NCBI RefSeq assembly: GCF_964355755.1
Contig: NC_092672.1
Span: forward strand, 12,338,001-12,402,000
DNA: 64,000 nt
Direction of reading: 5' to 3'
From: Antedon mediterranea
Taxonomy: Eukaryota > Animalia > Echinodermata
This document shows, one piece after another, positions 1-13,156 of the stretch. Under the pieces are notes generated by a model. It searched no databases and was not told the origin of the DNA. It saw nothing but the letters and a program-made list of their open reading frames with translations. Position numbers and translations under genes: made by a program. The first letter of the stretch is position 1. Every line of letters starts with the position of its first letter.

Positions 1-1600
1 TATTGGTGATGCAAACGGTGCCCCTGAAGGCTCCACTACACCCAGATTTAACATCATATTTACCTCATCCTTAATGGTACCTCGCAACGCATGTGGAAGT
101 GGATAGGGCTTGGAACGGATTATATCCTCAGTTTCCAACTTGATTTCATGCTGCCCAAGTGTAGTCTTCCCCGGTAAATCCGTCAATACATCTTTGTAGT
201 TTCCGATGAGTCGGTGCACCTCATGCTTTAGGGTATCATCCAGGCTTTCGTTGATGTGAATGTCGGCTGTTGTTTCTTTTGCTAGTAAAGGGTGGAGCTG
301 CAAAAGATTCTCATTAGATAGATGATAATTTTGGTTACTTGTAAATGTTTCATTAGGTTCGCATTCAATAACAGTGGTGCTAGCTAATTCAAGGATATCT
401 GAAGGCTCGGATACCTCCAGAGCAGCACTAATGTCTGCGGTTCGCTCATAATACCTTTTCAAGAGATTGGCGTGAAATATTTTGAATTTCCCATTAATGT
501 CAATTTGGTAGTCTAGATACCCAAATTTCTTTACAACCTTAAAAGGACCTTTCCATTGAAGCAACAGTTTGTTTTTGTCTGTGGGTAGTAAAAGTAGTAC
601 CTTATCCCCAACCTCAAATTCCCGGGACTTACTCTTTTTGTCATAATATTGTTTATACCTGACCTTTGATTTTTGTAGATTCTTCTGAGCCATCTGACAG
701 GTTTCATGTAATCGTTCCCGTAAATCCATAACGTACTGGTAGGTGGTTTTTGTTTCTGGTGTTTCAATTTCTTCGGTCCACAATTCCCTTAGGATGGACA
801 TGGGTCCTCGGACGGTACGGCCATATAAGAGTTCAAAAGGAGAAAAACCTAAACTTTCTTGTGAAGATTCCCTAACAGCAAACAGTAGTGGGTCAATGTA
901 TCGATCCCAATCAGTAGGCCTTTCGGCACACATACGTTTCAGCATTTGTTTGAGTGTTCCATTGAACCGTTCGACCAAACCATTACAAGCTGGGTGATAT
1001 GGAGATGTCATTACCTGACGTATAGACAACAACTTACTAACTTGCTTCATGACTTCCGATGTAAATTGTGATCCCCTATCGGTAAGCATTTCTTTCGGGA
1101 TACCAAGTCTAGAGAAAACACCAACCAAGGCCTCAGCAACCCGTTCAGCTTCAATACTTGGTAGAGGCACTGCCTCGGGATAACGAGTAGCAAAATCTAT
1201 TATTGTGAGTATATAACGATTACGACCTTTAGACATGGGGAAAATGGGACCAACTATATCAACGGCAATCCGTTCAAACGGCACCTCGATCAAAGGCATG
1301 CTTCCTAGAGGCACTTTCGTAACTCTACCTTTTTGTACAGTTCTCTGACAAATGTCACAGGATCGACAATATCGAGTAATATCCGCAGTGACCCCAGGCC
1401 ACCAAAAAGTTGTCAACACTTTATCCGTCGTCTTTTTGACCCCTTGGTGTCCTCCTAATAAGGTTTCATGGGCTTGGCGCATTACCTGGCGTCGATAGTC
1501 AGCTGGCACTACCAGTTGGGTAAACTTATCCCCGTGTTCAATATTAGGAGAGGAAAATTGCCTATATAATAGGTCTTTATGATAAATAAACCTAGACGTG
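1..1600 (-). CDS. pol: Pol continuation: integrase (HHCC zinc finger, DDE core, GPF/Y module) followed by the start of reverse transcriptase; partial and frameshifted relative to gag
   Basis: Manual translation in the frame ending at base 1: SRFIYHKDLLYR..AHETLLGGHQG..WWPG..CRSCDICQ..IAVDIVGP..LTDRGSQF..YHPACNGLVERFN..WKGPF..PYPLP..LGVVEPSGAPFASPI, with no stop seen before the window edge. Confidence 0.9.
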
Positions 1601-3526
1601 GCTTGTTGTAGTTTGCTTCTCTGCAAGATCCTTGAATTTTGCAAGGCTGACATCTTGTTGCTGAGCGGTCTTCATAGTTACCGCTGTGATTATTTGCTGG
1701 TGTATTTCTGTAGTTTTAAGTGTTCTGAATGGTTTATCCATATTGTTAGCTTGAGACCGGGTGACAACAGAACATCCTTGAAGATTCCGCTCTGTCCATG
1801 TGGGATCTGGATTTCCTGGTGCTCGTACTCCTGCAATATTACCTAATATCAAGTCATAAATAGGGTTATTCATACATAGTGCATACGTATTTCCTGAAAA
1901 AAATGGTGTATTAACCTGTATTAATGCAACCGGTAGGTTGCGGACCGTGCCGTCAATCAGCACACAGGTTTTCTCCTTACCAGTAAGTTGTTCGGCTGAT
2001 ACCAGATCTTTCTTTACAACCACCCCACTACAGCCACTGTCACAAAGAACAGAGACGCAGCGTGACCCGACACAGCCTGTATAAACGGGCATTTTACTAA
2101 TTGAATTATTTAGAGCCGCTGTCATAATTGGAAGACAGTGCCCACATTGAAGAGTGACCCTATCACCATCATTATTGATACAACATTGATTTAAAGATTC
2201 TGACATTTTTGTAACCATACTGGCACCCACATCGGGAATTTCTCCTTTGGCTTTACATTCGTGTTGTTTTGTACATTTTTGGCAATCAGACTCTTTTTGT
2301 GGTGAAGTAGACAACCCAGCGCAACTGTTGGCGTCCTGTCTACAATTTCTGGCAATATGTCCTGTTTTTAAGCATCGGTAACATTTTGGAGGAGAGTTTG
2401 GTTTATACATAGTTGAAACTCTGCAATTTCTAGCTAAGTGACCTACACGATGGCATATAAAACAAGTTGGACTACGGAAACTAGAAGGGCTTTGTGCTGA
2501 GGATGTACTGGGAACATTATTAGAGGAAAGTTGAGGGGAATTCGGCTCCTTTTGTTTAAACTCTATTGGTTTACCAAATAACCCCCCACGGGCTTCCAAA
2601 TATTGTTCAGCAATTTCAGCCATCGCTTGTATCGTTTTCGGTTGACGTTCCCTTAGGAACAGGGCAAGGTCCTTCCCACACCCATCAGTAAATTGCTCTC
2701 GCAGCAATAAATCTTTTAACCCTTGAAAGGTTTTCTCTCCCTCTGCTAGGTCAATCCACCTATCCAGATAATTGCTTAACCTTGCAGCGAACTGCACACC
2801 GCTTTCCCCGTGTTCGGGCTTGGCTGTTCGTAACTTATGTCGAAATCCATCGGCGGTTAACTGAAACCGTTTTAGAAGAGCCAATTTCAACAGTTTGTAA
2901 TCATTAACTTCAGCTGAAGACAACCTGGAATAAACTTCGAGAGCTTTCCCAGTTAGTAGGGCACTTAAGTTAACCGGCCACTCACTTTCTTTCCACTCCT
3001 GACTAGTCGCATACCGTTCAAACCTTTTCAGATAGGCATCTAGGTCATCTGTTCGGTCATGGAAAGGGGGTAATTTAGGTTTACTGGCCTTAACCCGTGA
3101 CTCAGGATTGGGTAATACTCTACCACCTGGCCGTGCCCGATTCTTTTCTTGCTCTAATTGGATTTCTAACCTTCGCATTTCTATGAGATAGGCCTGATTT
3201 TCAGCTTCTTTCACTCTTTCATTTACTCTCTCTTTTTCTTCACTCGCTTTTTTTCTCTCTGCTTCGTCCCTCTCTAGCACCTCTCTTCTCTCTCTCTCTT
3301 CCTTCTCTAGTACCTCTCTTCTCTCTCTCTCTTCCTTGTCTCTGTTTTGCTCTTTTTCTTCTCTCTCCCTGTTTCTTTCTTCTCTCTCCCGGTTTCTTTC
3401 TTCTCTCTCTAGTGCTCTCTCTTCTCTCTCTCTGGCAGCTTCCTCTCTCTTTTCCACAAACTCTCTTAATTCCACTCCATCTAACCCCAACGCTTTTCCT
3501 GCGTCAACAATTTTAGTGAGATCCAT
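1592..3526 (-). CDS. gag: Gag-protease polyprotein (E/R-rich coiled coil, capsid/SCAN-like region, two CCHC zinc knuckles, aspartic protease)
   Basis: 644-aa ORF with LPPF..DDLDAYLKRFERYA..W, LLLREQF, CFICHRVGHLARNC, CYRCLKTGHIARNC and LCDSGCSG. Confidence 0.92.
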   Translation of the reverse strand: MDLTKIVDAGKALGLDGVELREFVEKREEAAREREERALEREERNREREERNREREEKEQNRDKEERERREVLEKEERERREVLERDEAERKKASEEKERVNERVKEAENQAYLIEMRRLEIQLEQEKNRARPGGRVLPNPESRVKASKPKLPPFHDRTDDLDAYLKRFERYATSQEWKESEWPVNLSALLTGKALEVYSRLSSAEVNDYKLLKLALLKRFQLTADGFRHKLRTAKPEHGESGVQFAARLSNYLDRWIDLAEGEKTFQGLKDLLLREQFTDGCGKDLALFLRERQPKTIQAMAEIAEQYLEARGGLFGKPIEFKQKEPNSPQLSSNNVPSTSSAQSPSSFRSPTCFICHRVGHLARNCRVSTMYKPNSPPKCYRCLKTGHIARNCRQDANSCAGLSTSPQKESDCQKCTKQHECKAKGEIPDVGASMVTKMSESLNQCCINNDGDRVTLQCGHCLPIMTAALNNSISKMPVYTGCVGSRCVSVLCDSGCSGVVVKKDLVSAEQLTGKEKTCVLIDGTVRNLPVALIQVNTPFFSGNTYALCMNNPIYDLILGNIAGVRAPGNPDPTWTERNLQGCSVVTRSQANNMDKPFRTLKTTEIHQQIITAVTMKTAQQQDVSLAKFKDLAEKQTTTSHV

Positions 3527-3668
3527 TTCTTAAGAAAAAAAAAAATATATATATATGTATAAGTATCCAATATAAGTATACAGTATGTCAATAATATGAC
3601 AAATAGACAATCCAATCAATTACGTACAATTGTTTCATCTACCGATGTTCACGCTAGGTTACAAAGTT

Positions 3669-3685
3669 TCCCGGACGAGCCCCCA
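3669..3685 (-). promoter_or_regulatory. Primer binding site complementary to tRNA-Pro
   Basis: Plus strand TCCCGGACGAGCCCCCA equals the conserved 3' end of eukaryotic tRNA-Pro including CCA. Confidence 0.9.
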
Positions 3686-3689
3686 TAAA

Positions 3690-4982
3690 TGTCACACAGC
3701 CGCAATTACGGCTCTTTCGGACATGTAATATCTGGTAACCACCGGTAAACAACGGTAAATAGCCACAACTGTACACATATAAATGTAAAAAGTAAATTTA
3801 ATAATAATCTTTGACAAACAATTCTTCCTTCTATAATCCAAACCCCACCTAAAAAAAACCCACAAAAAAACCCAAGCAATTCTCAACCAATGATACAGTA
3901 TCCCTATTCCCACACAATTTATACACTTTCCCAAATTCCCAATCCTTCCAGACAAAATATCGACAATCTTCTTATTGTCAGATATAAATCCCAGAAACCC
4001 CCCTTCCAAATACAATAATATCACAAGATGAATAATACAATAATAAATGTCCACAATATCGTTCCTTCTTGCCTTTTCTCCTACGCTGACACAAAACAAA
4101 TTCGAAAGATAAAAGTTAAAACGATTCCGCAACTAAACAACTCCTCTGCTCCCGTTCTGCTTGTATTCCCAATTATACTTCTTCTCAACCTGCAACTATC
4201 TTCTGACATATAAATAAATGAAATATAAAGTTAAAAATGTTTCTTGAGGTCCTTCTGCACTGCAATCCGCTCCCCGATCAATTATTTCTTTCTCCTTTTC
4301 CACGTAACATAATATCAGTATCAATAAAGTCAGTCTTCGATACTTTCAACAAAAGCTTTCTTTAAAAGCAATTAATTCTGCTATTTCCAACAGTTATTAT
4401 TCGATTTATTAACTTCATGTATCTCACTTTATTTCATTTCTGCTCCAGCTCTAGATCACCATAATTATTTCCAACTCACAATTTATTAACTTCATGTATA
4501 TCACCTTATTTCGTTTCTGCTTCAGCTCTATATCACCATAATTATTTCCAACTCACAATTTACTAACTTCATGTAGATCACCTTATTTCCTTTCCGCTTC
4601 AGCTCTATATCACCATACTTCTTTTCAACCCACAATTTATTAACTTCATATATACCACTTTACTTCCTTTCTGCTTCAACATAACATAACCCTCCTTCTC
4701 TGTCTCCTCTCAATTTTCATCTCCTTCTCAAACTTCCCTCAATTGCACACATACCACCACCTTATCCTTCTCAACCAATCAGCAACTCACACACCAACTC
4801 AACTCTTACACCTCTCCTCCAATCAGCAACCTCCACACACTCCTTCTCTGCACACTAACACTCTGCTCCACTGGCTTCAAACAATAGTTTCCTAAAACAA
4901 AAGAAAGGTTCAAATAATGAAAACAAAAGGAAAAGTAAGAATAACTTGCACAATAAATACAAAACTTATGTCACTTGTGACA
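3690..4982 (-). repeat. 5' long terminal repeat (about 1.29 kb)
   Basis: Minus strand begins TGTCACAA and ends TGTGACA, 4 nt upstream of the PBS. The partner LTR is outside the window. Confidence 0.82.
4404..4680. repeat. 77-bp tandem repeat (about 3.5 copies) inside the LTR
   Basis: ATTTATTAACTTCATGTA.. recurs at 4404, 4481, 4558 and 4635. Confidence 0.88.
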
Positions 4983-7361
4983 GCTGATTCTTTCCTTTTT
5001 TTACGATAGTCGAATGTATCTGTTCTTCCTGGCGTTACGTTGAAATGTTTCCCTGTTATGGCGCGGTTAACAAGAAGTGATTTATGATTGCCTATCAAAT
5101 TCAGTAGGTAGGCCTAAATGGCATCTTTTGAAATGAAGTGCTTAACAAAACTGGACCCGCAAGAGGATTAAATTGTGATAGTCGCCGACACATTTAATCT
5201 TTTTATTCTGACAATATTTTTCATGATTTTACCCTCTTTTGAATTCCTCTGTTTACACGTAGCTAATTAAAATTATATAGGCTTATTTTCATCGTCAAAC
5301 ATCAAATTATCGTATTCCTAGGCCTATAAATGTCGTTTAGATTCAAGTAAACTTTTATGAATACTGAATTTGTAGATCTGTATGTATTTGTCAAACCACC
5401 TTCAAAACATAATTGCGAATTCCAACAATACACTCTACGGTGAATTCAATAAATATTTTTTATATTATAAATCTATTATCTATTCCATCTTTATCCTACT
5501 GAAAAAAGAAAATATTACGTTATTCGTTTCTCCCATCTGCTATGAGATTTTTGAAAGCAAACTATGTCAGGTGAACGGTTTTTATCGAGTTATATGACAT
5601 TTGCCTTTTTGTTATATTTGCCTTTTTGTATTTTATCGTACTGTCTGTATTTTACCAATTTTATCATATTTTTACTATATTTATAATAAGTGACAAGCAG
5701 GACAATTTATTTTACATTTCTCAGAGCTATTTGGTATTTCATCATTATTACATTTATCACAAATTAAAATATTGTGGTTTAGGGCCTAAATAGTTATTGC
5801 CAGATAGTCTCATATACAGTATTTCATTTCCCCTCTTTGTGCTGTTATTTCACTTTTCCAAGCAATGGATGCTTGCCAACGTCACATAATCTCCCTGTCA
5901 GTGATCGGCTGGTTTTTACGATCCTTTGTTGGGTTTACGTATCCGAAAGCTGACTTCAAGTCATGTGCATCTACAGTATCAGTTACTACCAATGCCTGCG
6001 TCTCTGTTCTTTCTCTTTCTATCACAGTTATCATGTATGCACGTTATACATTTTATTTGTTGCTTGTATTCTAAAAGATACTAATTACTCTAGTAGTTAG
6101 ATCAACTTTCGTATGCACTTTGAGGTCCAGAGAATTTGACTTTAGAAATTGGTTTAGGGTGGTCAAACAATCATTTTTGGCTTGGTTACACATTTTGAAA
6201 ATGTGGCGAAAGGTCAAAAGGTCAGGGTGAAAGGTCATAAGACCAAACACCAACATGTCCTTAAATCTCAACAACCACTGGTCACAGCGAAGTAATTTTG
6301 GTCTCAAATTGATCAGAAGGTATACATTTATATTCAGTCTAATGGGACATTTTAGTTTAAAATGACCGGAAATGCCATTTCTGACATTTGACCCACAACC
6401 CAGGGCATGTATTTATCTCCATAACTACTGGTCGAAGACACTTGAATTTGGTTTTAAATTGTTCGAAATATATATTGTTATTTGTTATACATTTTGAAAA
6501 ATGTTACAAAAGGTCAAAGGGTCAGGGTCAAGGGTTATATAAACGAATAAATAAAGGTACTTGTATCTCGGCAACCACTGGTCGCAGCAAGTCAATTTTG
6601 GTCTCAAAATGTTCAGAAGGCATGTATATTCCGTCTAATGGGGCATTTTAGTACAAAATGATCAGAAATGCTATTTCTGACCTTTGACCCACATACCAGG
6701 GCATCTTCATATCTCTGTAAGTACTGGTCGTAGAAACTTAAATTTGGTATCAAATTGTTCGAAATATACATATTTACATTCATTGTAATAGAAAATGTGG
6801 CTAAAAGATGAACAGAAAATAATATTACTAATGTTTCAAACAAAAAACATATCTCTACACAACTTATCCTTTAAATTCTAGTTATTGCTGTCCATGAGAA
6901 CATTTTGATATAAACGTCAAGCTCAACAGTTCATTTCAGAATGCTAGAAGTAACTTGCCATGTATATCCGATTAAACGCCCCGGCATTTATTGTTCAAAA
7001 GGGTTTTTAGGGGGTGGGGAGGCATCTTTATTTGGGGTATAATATGGTAACATGTATAATCAAATAAATACCACCTAGATATAAAAAAAATACAGCACAA
7101 TTAATATAAAAAAAATGATAAAATTATGTCAAAATGCTCTGGCGAAACCCGCTGTTTGTCGGCATTTCAAATTTCGCGCTAGTAGCAAACAACGTAAAAA
7201 TTTGTCATATCGGCCAAATCCGGATTTTTACATATTATGAAAGAAGAAGTATTAAAGAACAATTGTACCAAATATGAATCTCCAAATCCAAATAAAAAGT
7301 GTAAAAAATACCATTTTAAAACACCCACCTAATATTCAGCCTGTTAACCTAACGATTTTAA

Positions 7362-8946
7362 ACGGGGGTTCCGGGTTTAAAATGAATAGTAAAAAATGTA
7401 AAATATATTTGTTTGTCTCTTGAACGGTAAAAGTTTCAATTTATATAAGCGCCCAGTGAAGCAGAACGAAGGCTGTGAAATCAGGCCAGATTACAAGTGC
7501 AGCTACGGCAAAATCACACTGTGGTTACAAAATAGGAAATTCGTGAAATGGTCCATCTTCCGACGACTCGTTATCATAAACCATATCAATTACTTTTGTA
7601 AAATTATACTTATCTGATGTAATTTTAGTCGGTCTTTCCATTTATAAAGTCAATTTTTTATGAAAATTCATCAAAACAGTGAAAATTTAGATATGTTTGC
7701 ACTTTACGTTTGCCGATTTTCGCACCGACTTAGGGAAAAATCAAAATCAATGAAGCGTAACGTATACTGTACATTCCTGCTGATGATCGAGCGAGACGAC
7801 GATACACGTGCTCTCTCTGCTACCCATGCCTGGCATCGTCACGTGATAAGCAGATACAACAATACCAAACTGGTCGGGTCGAGTATATGACCCCGTCTAT
7901 AATCACAACATGAACGATGTACAGTATTTGATTGAAGGTCGACTTGACCTACCGGAATGGTATAGATAATATAGCTCGAATGAGAGAGTTGGAATATTTG
8001 TGTAGTGCAGCCTATAGTAAAAGGCCTGGTAGTATCAATTCGCATAGGGTCTACTACACTAGCTAGCTCAATTTTTAACTGGGCCGGATCGGCTAGGTCT
8101 CCTTCCTACTACCTGGTCTACTTGCTTGATGCACGAGTATCCGCTTTTTTGGAGAGTAAACTAAGCCTATTTTATTTTAGGCCTACTTAGACGATCGGGA
8201 CACCATACGTGTGGACGGCGATCGGACCTTGTTTTGCTTCAATATTTACAGCCGATTTTGTAGAACGTTTTAGGTTTAGATTGTTTAGGAGTTTGGTTGA
8301 TAGGATGGGTTTTGTTATTTATGGGCCAATCGTCTAGTAGTAGGCTAGCTAGGCCCATGGGCCCCATTGTTTTAACGTAGCCATCGTGGCATGGAATCCC
8401 TAGTCAGAATGGCTCTCGCCCATATTATTATTAGGCTAGGCCTAGAGTAGTATTGTACGTGAAGCCGATTATACGATCTGTACTATAGAGGTATAAAAAT
8501 AGTATAATTTATGACTCCGTATCTGTAAACAAGTAAGTAAATTTTGTATTTCATTAAATGTCAAATAAATATATGCTACTACTGTTATTATTACACTTTA
8601 GGCCTAGCTTAGAAAATCTACAAAAAATGTATTTCACAATGATCGGGTGGTCGTCGTTTGACAGGGGAGAGAGATGTAAATTAGTTGACAAACACAACGT
8701 ACATGACGTCGCGAGTTTGGAATCCACTGGTGACGTGATTTTGTGAATATCTCATGAATATTAATGAGCTTCCCTAAGCTGCTGAAAAACAGACTTTCCA
8801 TGAATTTACCCTAAAATGTATATGAAATTTAATTTTTTTAATTTCTCGTTATTACTTCTTCATTCTGACATGTCTATATTGTTATAATATTTTTTATTTA
8901 ATAAATAAACGATATTTAAAAGCAATTTTAAACCCAGAATCCCTCT
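7362..8946. mobile_element. Non-autonomous TTAA-target DNA transposon, Kolobok-like
   Basis: TTAA|ACGGGGGTTCCGGGTTTAAAA ... TTTTAAACCCAGAATCCCTCT|TTAA: imperfect TIRs with a TTAA duplication. Confidence 0.68.
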
Positions 8947-9422
8947 TTAAGTCCCACGGGTAAGAAAACTTCGAATTATTGTTCATATTCTTTGAATCGT
9001 TATTCGAAAAAGCCATGACAGTTTACAGAGTGCTATACACCAAATTAAAGCCAAGAAATAGCTTAATCCAAATATGGCAGTTATAGGCAGGGCTAAGCAA
9101 ATTAACCAATAGTAAACCGATTTTTCCATGACATCATTTTAAAATCTGTCACTCAACTCGTAAACTGAAACCGTTGTTGCTAACCACGTGACAACAACAT
9201 TTCGTTTTGATTGGTCAATACTCATTGTGTTCTCGATTTACTGGAAAATCCAAAATGGAGGCTTACTCGGTGGGCATGGCCATGAGGCCGTTTTCGACAT
9301 CAATGTTTATGGTAACGACGCTTTGGATTTCAATTTCTTCATTAGTTGATGTTTACAACGCTATTGAATCAGTTATTAATGTTATTTGCTTCAAATGTCG
9401 AGTTCGAATGATTTGGGAGAAA

Positions 9423-10700
9423 ATGGGATAGCCGCGATGTTGAATATGATGCCAGAGCCTGTGGAATGTATGTAGAAAACTTGGATGATGTTTTGACCGA
9501 TTACTTTGCATTACCCTCAGGGTATGATTCGGATAACGGTAAGTACTGTGATTAAAATAAGCATTAAAATCAAAATATACGTCAAATATACTTTTTATAG
9601 CCCATTATGCCTAGGCTAAGCTAACCTAGGCCTAGCATTTTTATTTTTAACCCGATCGTTTCACTCAGTTAGTGAAAATAGGCCCGTCCGCCCTTCTTGG
9701 ACCCGATCGTAGGCCTAGGCTAGGTTGGCCTAACTAAAATATTTTCTTGGGCATACCGTAGTCAACTATTACTACGGTTTATGCTAGGCCTATGCTACCT
9801 ACTAATACGTACGAATAATAAAACATGTTTATATTACTACTCTACTACTACTACTAGGCCTAGCTAGACCTAACCTATATACCTAGTAGGTTAGAATAGT
9901 AGGTTAGGCCTACACTTCTACTAGGCCTATTTAATTTTTCTCAATAGTTGGCGCATAAAGGACTTTAAACTACTACAGTAAAAACAAACTAATTATTATA
10001 ATTGTATATGCTTCTTTAAATAGATTCAGTAAATGTGAGTAGTGATGATGATTCTGTTGATCATGAAGATGAATCAATTGTCACTGGAAGTAGCGATGAT
10101 GATCAGATGTCGGATGTAGAAAGTGAAGAACAAATGGATATTGAGCAGGACTCCACCCGAAATTGTTGATAATGCTGAAAATGAATTTGAAGCAGCAAAT
10201 AACATTGCCCAGAATCTTGATATTGTAGTGCCACAAGAGAAAGTGTGTAAATGTAACTGTATCATCTTCAATGGTCAAAAATGCATTAACCAGTTCACAG
10301 ACGATGAGATGACATTGTTTTCATTGGGCTGGGATCTACAAAGCATTGTTTTTATTGGGCTGGGCTCCACAAAATTCTATATTCTATTGATCATCAAGTT
10401 GGTAAAATGTTCTTTAGAAAATTCCAGATGCCCTGCTTTTCGAGAATTGTTATTTCAATTTCACATTGTTCCTACACCAAGCATTGTTTTCATTGGGCTG
10501 GGTTCTACAAAATTCTATTGATCATTGTAAAGGTTGTAACATTCTTTTCGTTGGGTTGGGCTCTCTCAATTTCTTTACCCTGTCTGCTTCTTCCATTGTT
10601 GTTTATGAGAAGGAAATTGATTGACTTAATTTTTATTTTTAGATACACAATTCAAGAGTTGAGTGAATTTGAAAAAGATTTAATGCTGTTGGGAATAATT
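9423..10700 (+). pseudogene. Degenerate spliced transposase N-terminus (acidic region plus Cys-rich motif), Sola-like
   Basis: Exon-like blocks 9423-9538 (..DVLTDYFALPSGYDSDN|gtaagt), 10024-10310 (acidic, then CKCNC..FNGQKCINQFTDDEM) and 10643-10700 (YTIQELSEFEKDLMLLGII), with frameshifts near 9426 and 10155. No catalytic domain remains. Confidence 0.55.
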
Positions 10701-12102
10701 TATTTATTATTATTCAGCTAACAATAGAATCTTTACTACTACCACTACATGTAAAGTACCAGTAAATTTGAGTTCTAAATGTTGAAAAAGTGGGTTGTTT
10801 TCATTTGTTTATAACTTGAATAAAAATAAATGAATTTTAATAATTTTTTCTGTACTTATTGGTTGTTGTGTGGTCTATGAGTGTGCCAAATTACAGCTGT
10901 ATAGCTACATTTTTTAATATCGTTGCTAAGGAGTTAGTGTGAGCATGCTGTTTACTACTGGTGTACTCAACAGGAAGTCGATCATGAATCTTTAAAAGCT
11001 GTTTTCTCAAAACCTACTTGACTTATATGCAATCATTTAAATTCCAATAACTTGGCTAATACTTATCCAATTTTAACCAGATAAAAAATATTGTGAAGAT
11101 TATTAAATGTAGAATCTAAAAATACATTATATATTTTTAATTTTTACGTCAAAAGTAGGGTTTTGCCAGAGTGGGTCACAAATTGTAGATTATGGTAGTT
11201 AATGAAATGTGTTGTGATACAATTATTTTGTAAATGCATGTGGCGGAGCGTTTATTCCACATGATGTTCTATTGGAGGGAATGGAGGCTTTCATTCAAAG
11301 CGGGTGTTAATTCGAATAAATACTCGAGCTCAACAGTTAAGAATGCTAGAAGTAACTTACCATAGTTACCCAAATAAAAGGTCCGGGCATTTAGTTATTC
11401 AGGGAAGGCGTTTATTTTGTTTGGGTGTAATAATGGTAACATGTATAATCAAATAAATACCGGTACACCCCAGATAAAAAAAAAATTAATTAATATAATA
11501 AGAATAATAACTGGATTAAGCCTCATTCTATCCTGTTGCAAGTACAATCATGTAATAAAGGTATCACAGACAACAATGCATTGTCATTATTCCGTAACAC
11601 TGTTGCATAATATTTTTGAATGTTACCGACAAAACTTATACATAATAATTATGTATAAGTGTTGTCGTGTATATTATACACGTCTGTTCTCAGTGCAGAT
11701 AATAAAACAATATATGTTTCTGGAGATTTATTATCAATACCACTAGAAACTTTGACATGTTTTAGGTACTGAATTCATTGACAATATAAGCATCAGAAGT
11801 TATCATGATAAAATCATACTACAACACTGTACTACAGTACACAAGGGTGTTTTCAGGAAAGCTGGACATATTGTACAATAGTAATTAAACTATGGCATTT
11901 TAAAATATGCAAAAGATTGTTGTCAAATTGTAATCACAAACAAACAGATGATAGAATGAAGATCCATTATGAGTGCAATCGTGTCAGAATAATGATATGT
12001 CATTGTTTTATATCATTATACTGGCACCTGGAGGAGAAGATCCATTTAATGTTATCTATGACAGTGTCACTTTTATTCTAAAAGACAGAAACATTTCGTT
12101 AA

Positions 12103-13156
12103 CACTTTGACTGCCAGAGGTTTTTCCAGTTAGAAACTGCCACCGCCAGCGTTTTTAGCCCAATTCGATGTTTTTATTAAAGCTGATTGAAACCATGTAT
12201 GTGATCTCATTTATATTTAATTTAGACTAAAATAATCATAAAGATTTTAGCTTTACAAGGGTACCAAGAACGATTTTTAAATCGCAATATGTAAATTGTA
12301 ATAGTATAATGAAAGTAACACACTTTTTTAGTTTTTCGTAGTTTCGCGCAAGAAAGTCGAGATATTCGCGATTTTGTGCAAGACATCACAATATGAAAAT
12401 ATCGCCCGGTGAGATCAACAAACAACGAAAAAGTTACTTACACGGCACCGATAGGCCTAAAAAACAAGTTATCACTATCGAAAAATGTATTACATTTTAT
12501 AAATCACAAATCTTACATCAATGTTTCGCCAAAATCCACATAGTAAAGACACCAGGCCTAGTTAACCAGGCCTAAAGTTGGTCCGGAACCGTTTTACGAC
12601 TAGGCCTAGGCCTAGGCTAGCCTAGTACTACTAGCCTAGCCTAGATAGTAAAGTAATGATAATATCTATACCATTTCAAAACAAGTTTGTTGCGTGAAAC
12701 TCGGTCACTTTCAGTAAAACACCAAAACAATTAGGGTATACATACAATAATAAAATTAAAGACTTCACGTATTGAAAATGACTCCATTATTTTTTATTCA
12801 GATAACAAACAAACATGTCAATTCACAAAAAACCTTTGTAATGCTTCGGCGGCATAGCTAGCGCGCGACCGATACTCAATGCGCCAAGCCATCGCTCTAC
12901 GTGCTACTGTGATGCGCGGTGTTTGTTATTTCGACAGGTACCATTTTGACAATCGTTCGTAACCAGATTAGTTACTTTCAAAATGTAAAACATTCACGGT
13001 CCAGACCGAATATAGTGTTCATATTTATAGTATAAACCAATAATTAACCTGTCTACCGGATTTCGTAAAAAAACGCGAAAAACCAAGATCTTCGTGTTTG
13101 GCAGTCAAGCGTTGTGTTTCCAAAAACGAAGATCTTCGTGTTTGGCAGTCAAAGTG
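12103..13156. mobile_element. Non-autonomous piggyBac-like element
   Basis: TTAA|CACTTTGACTGCCA ... TGGCAGTCAAAGTG|TTAA with a perfect 14-bp TIR. A subterminal direct repeat AAGATCTTCGTGTTTGGCAGTCAA occurs twice at the right end. Confidence 0.8.

Larger units (their letters stand above)
1..4982 (-). mobile_element. Gmr1-like Ty3/gypsy LTR retrotransposon, 5' portion (continues beyond the left edge)
   Basis: LTR with TG...CA ends, tRNA-Pro PBS, gag with SCAN-like region and two CCHC knuckles, DSG protease, then HHCC/DDE integrase placed before the start of RT (PR-IN-RT order). Confidence 0.93.
7136..11179 (+). mobile_element. Sola-like DNA transposon remnant (internally deleted, left tip truncated)
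   Basis: Left GCTCTGGCGAAACCC is inverted to right GGGTTTTGCCAGAGTGGGTCAC, followed by AAAT (AWWT-type target). The empty site ATGCTTGGTAAATTG is visible in related copies near 13400 and 21900. Superfamily assignment is inferred. Confidence 0.6.

Noticed and set aside
3692-4132. 146-aa ORF upstream of gag
   Set aside because: Lies within the LTR, has biased composition and no recognisable motif.
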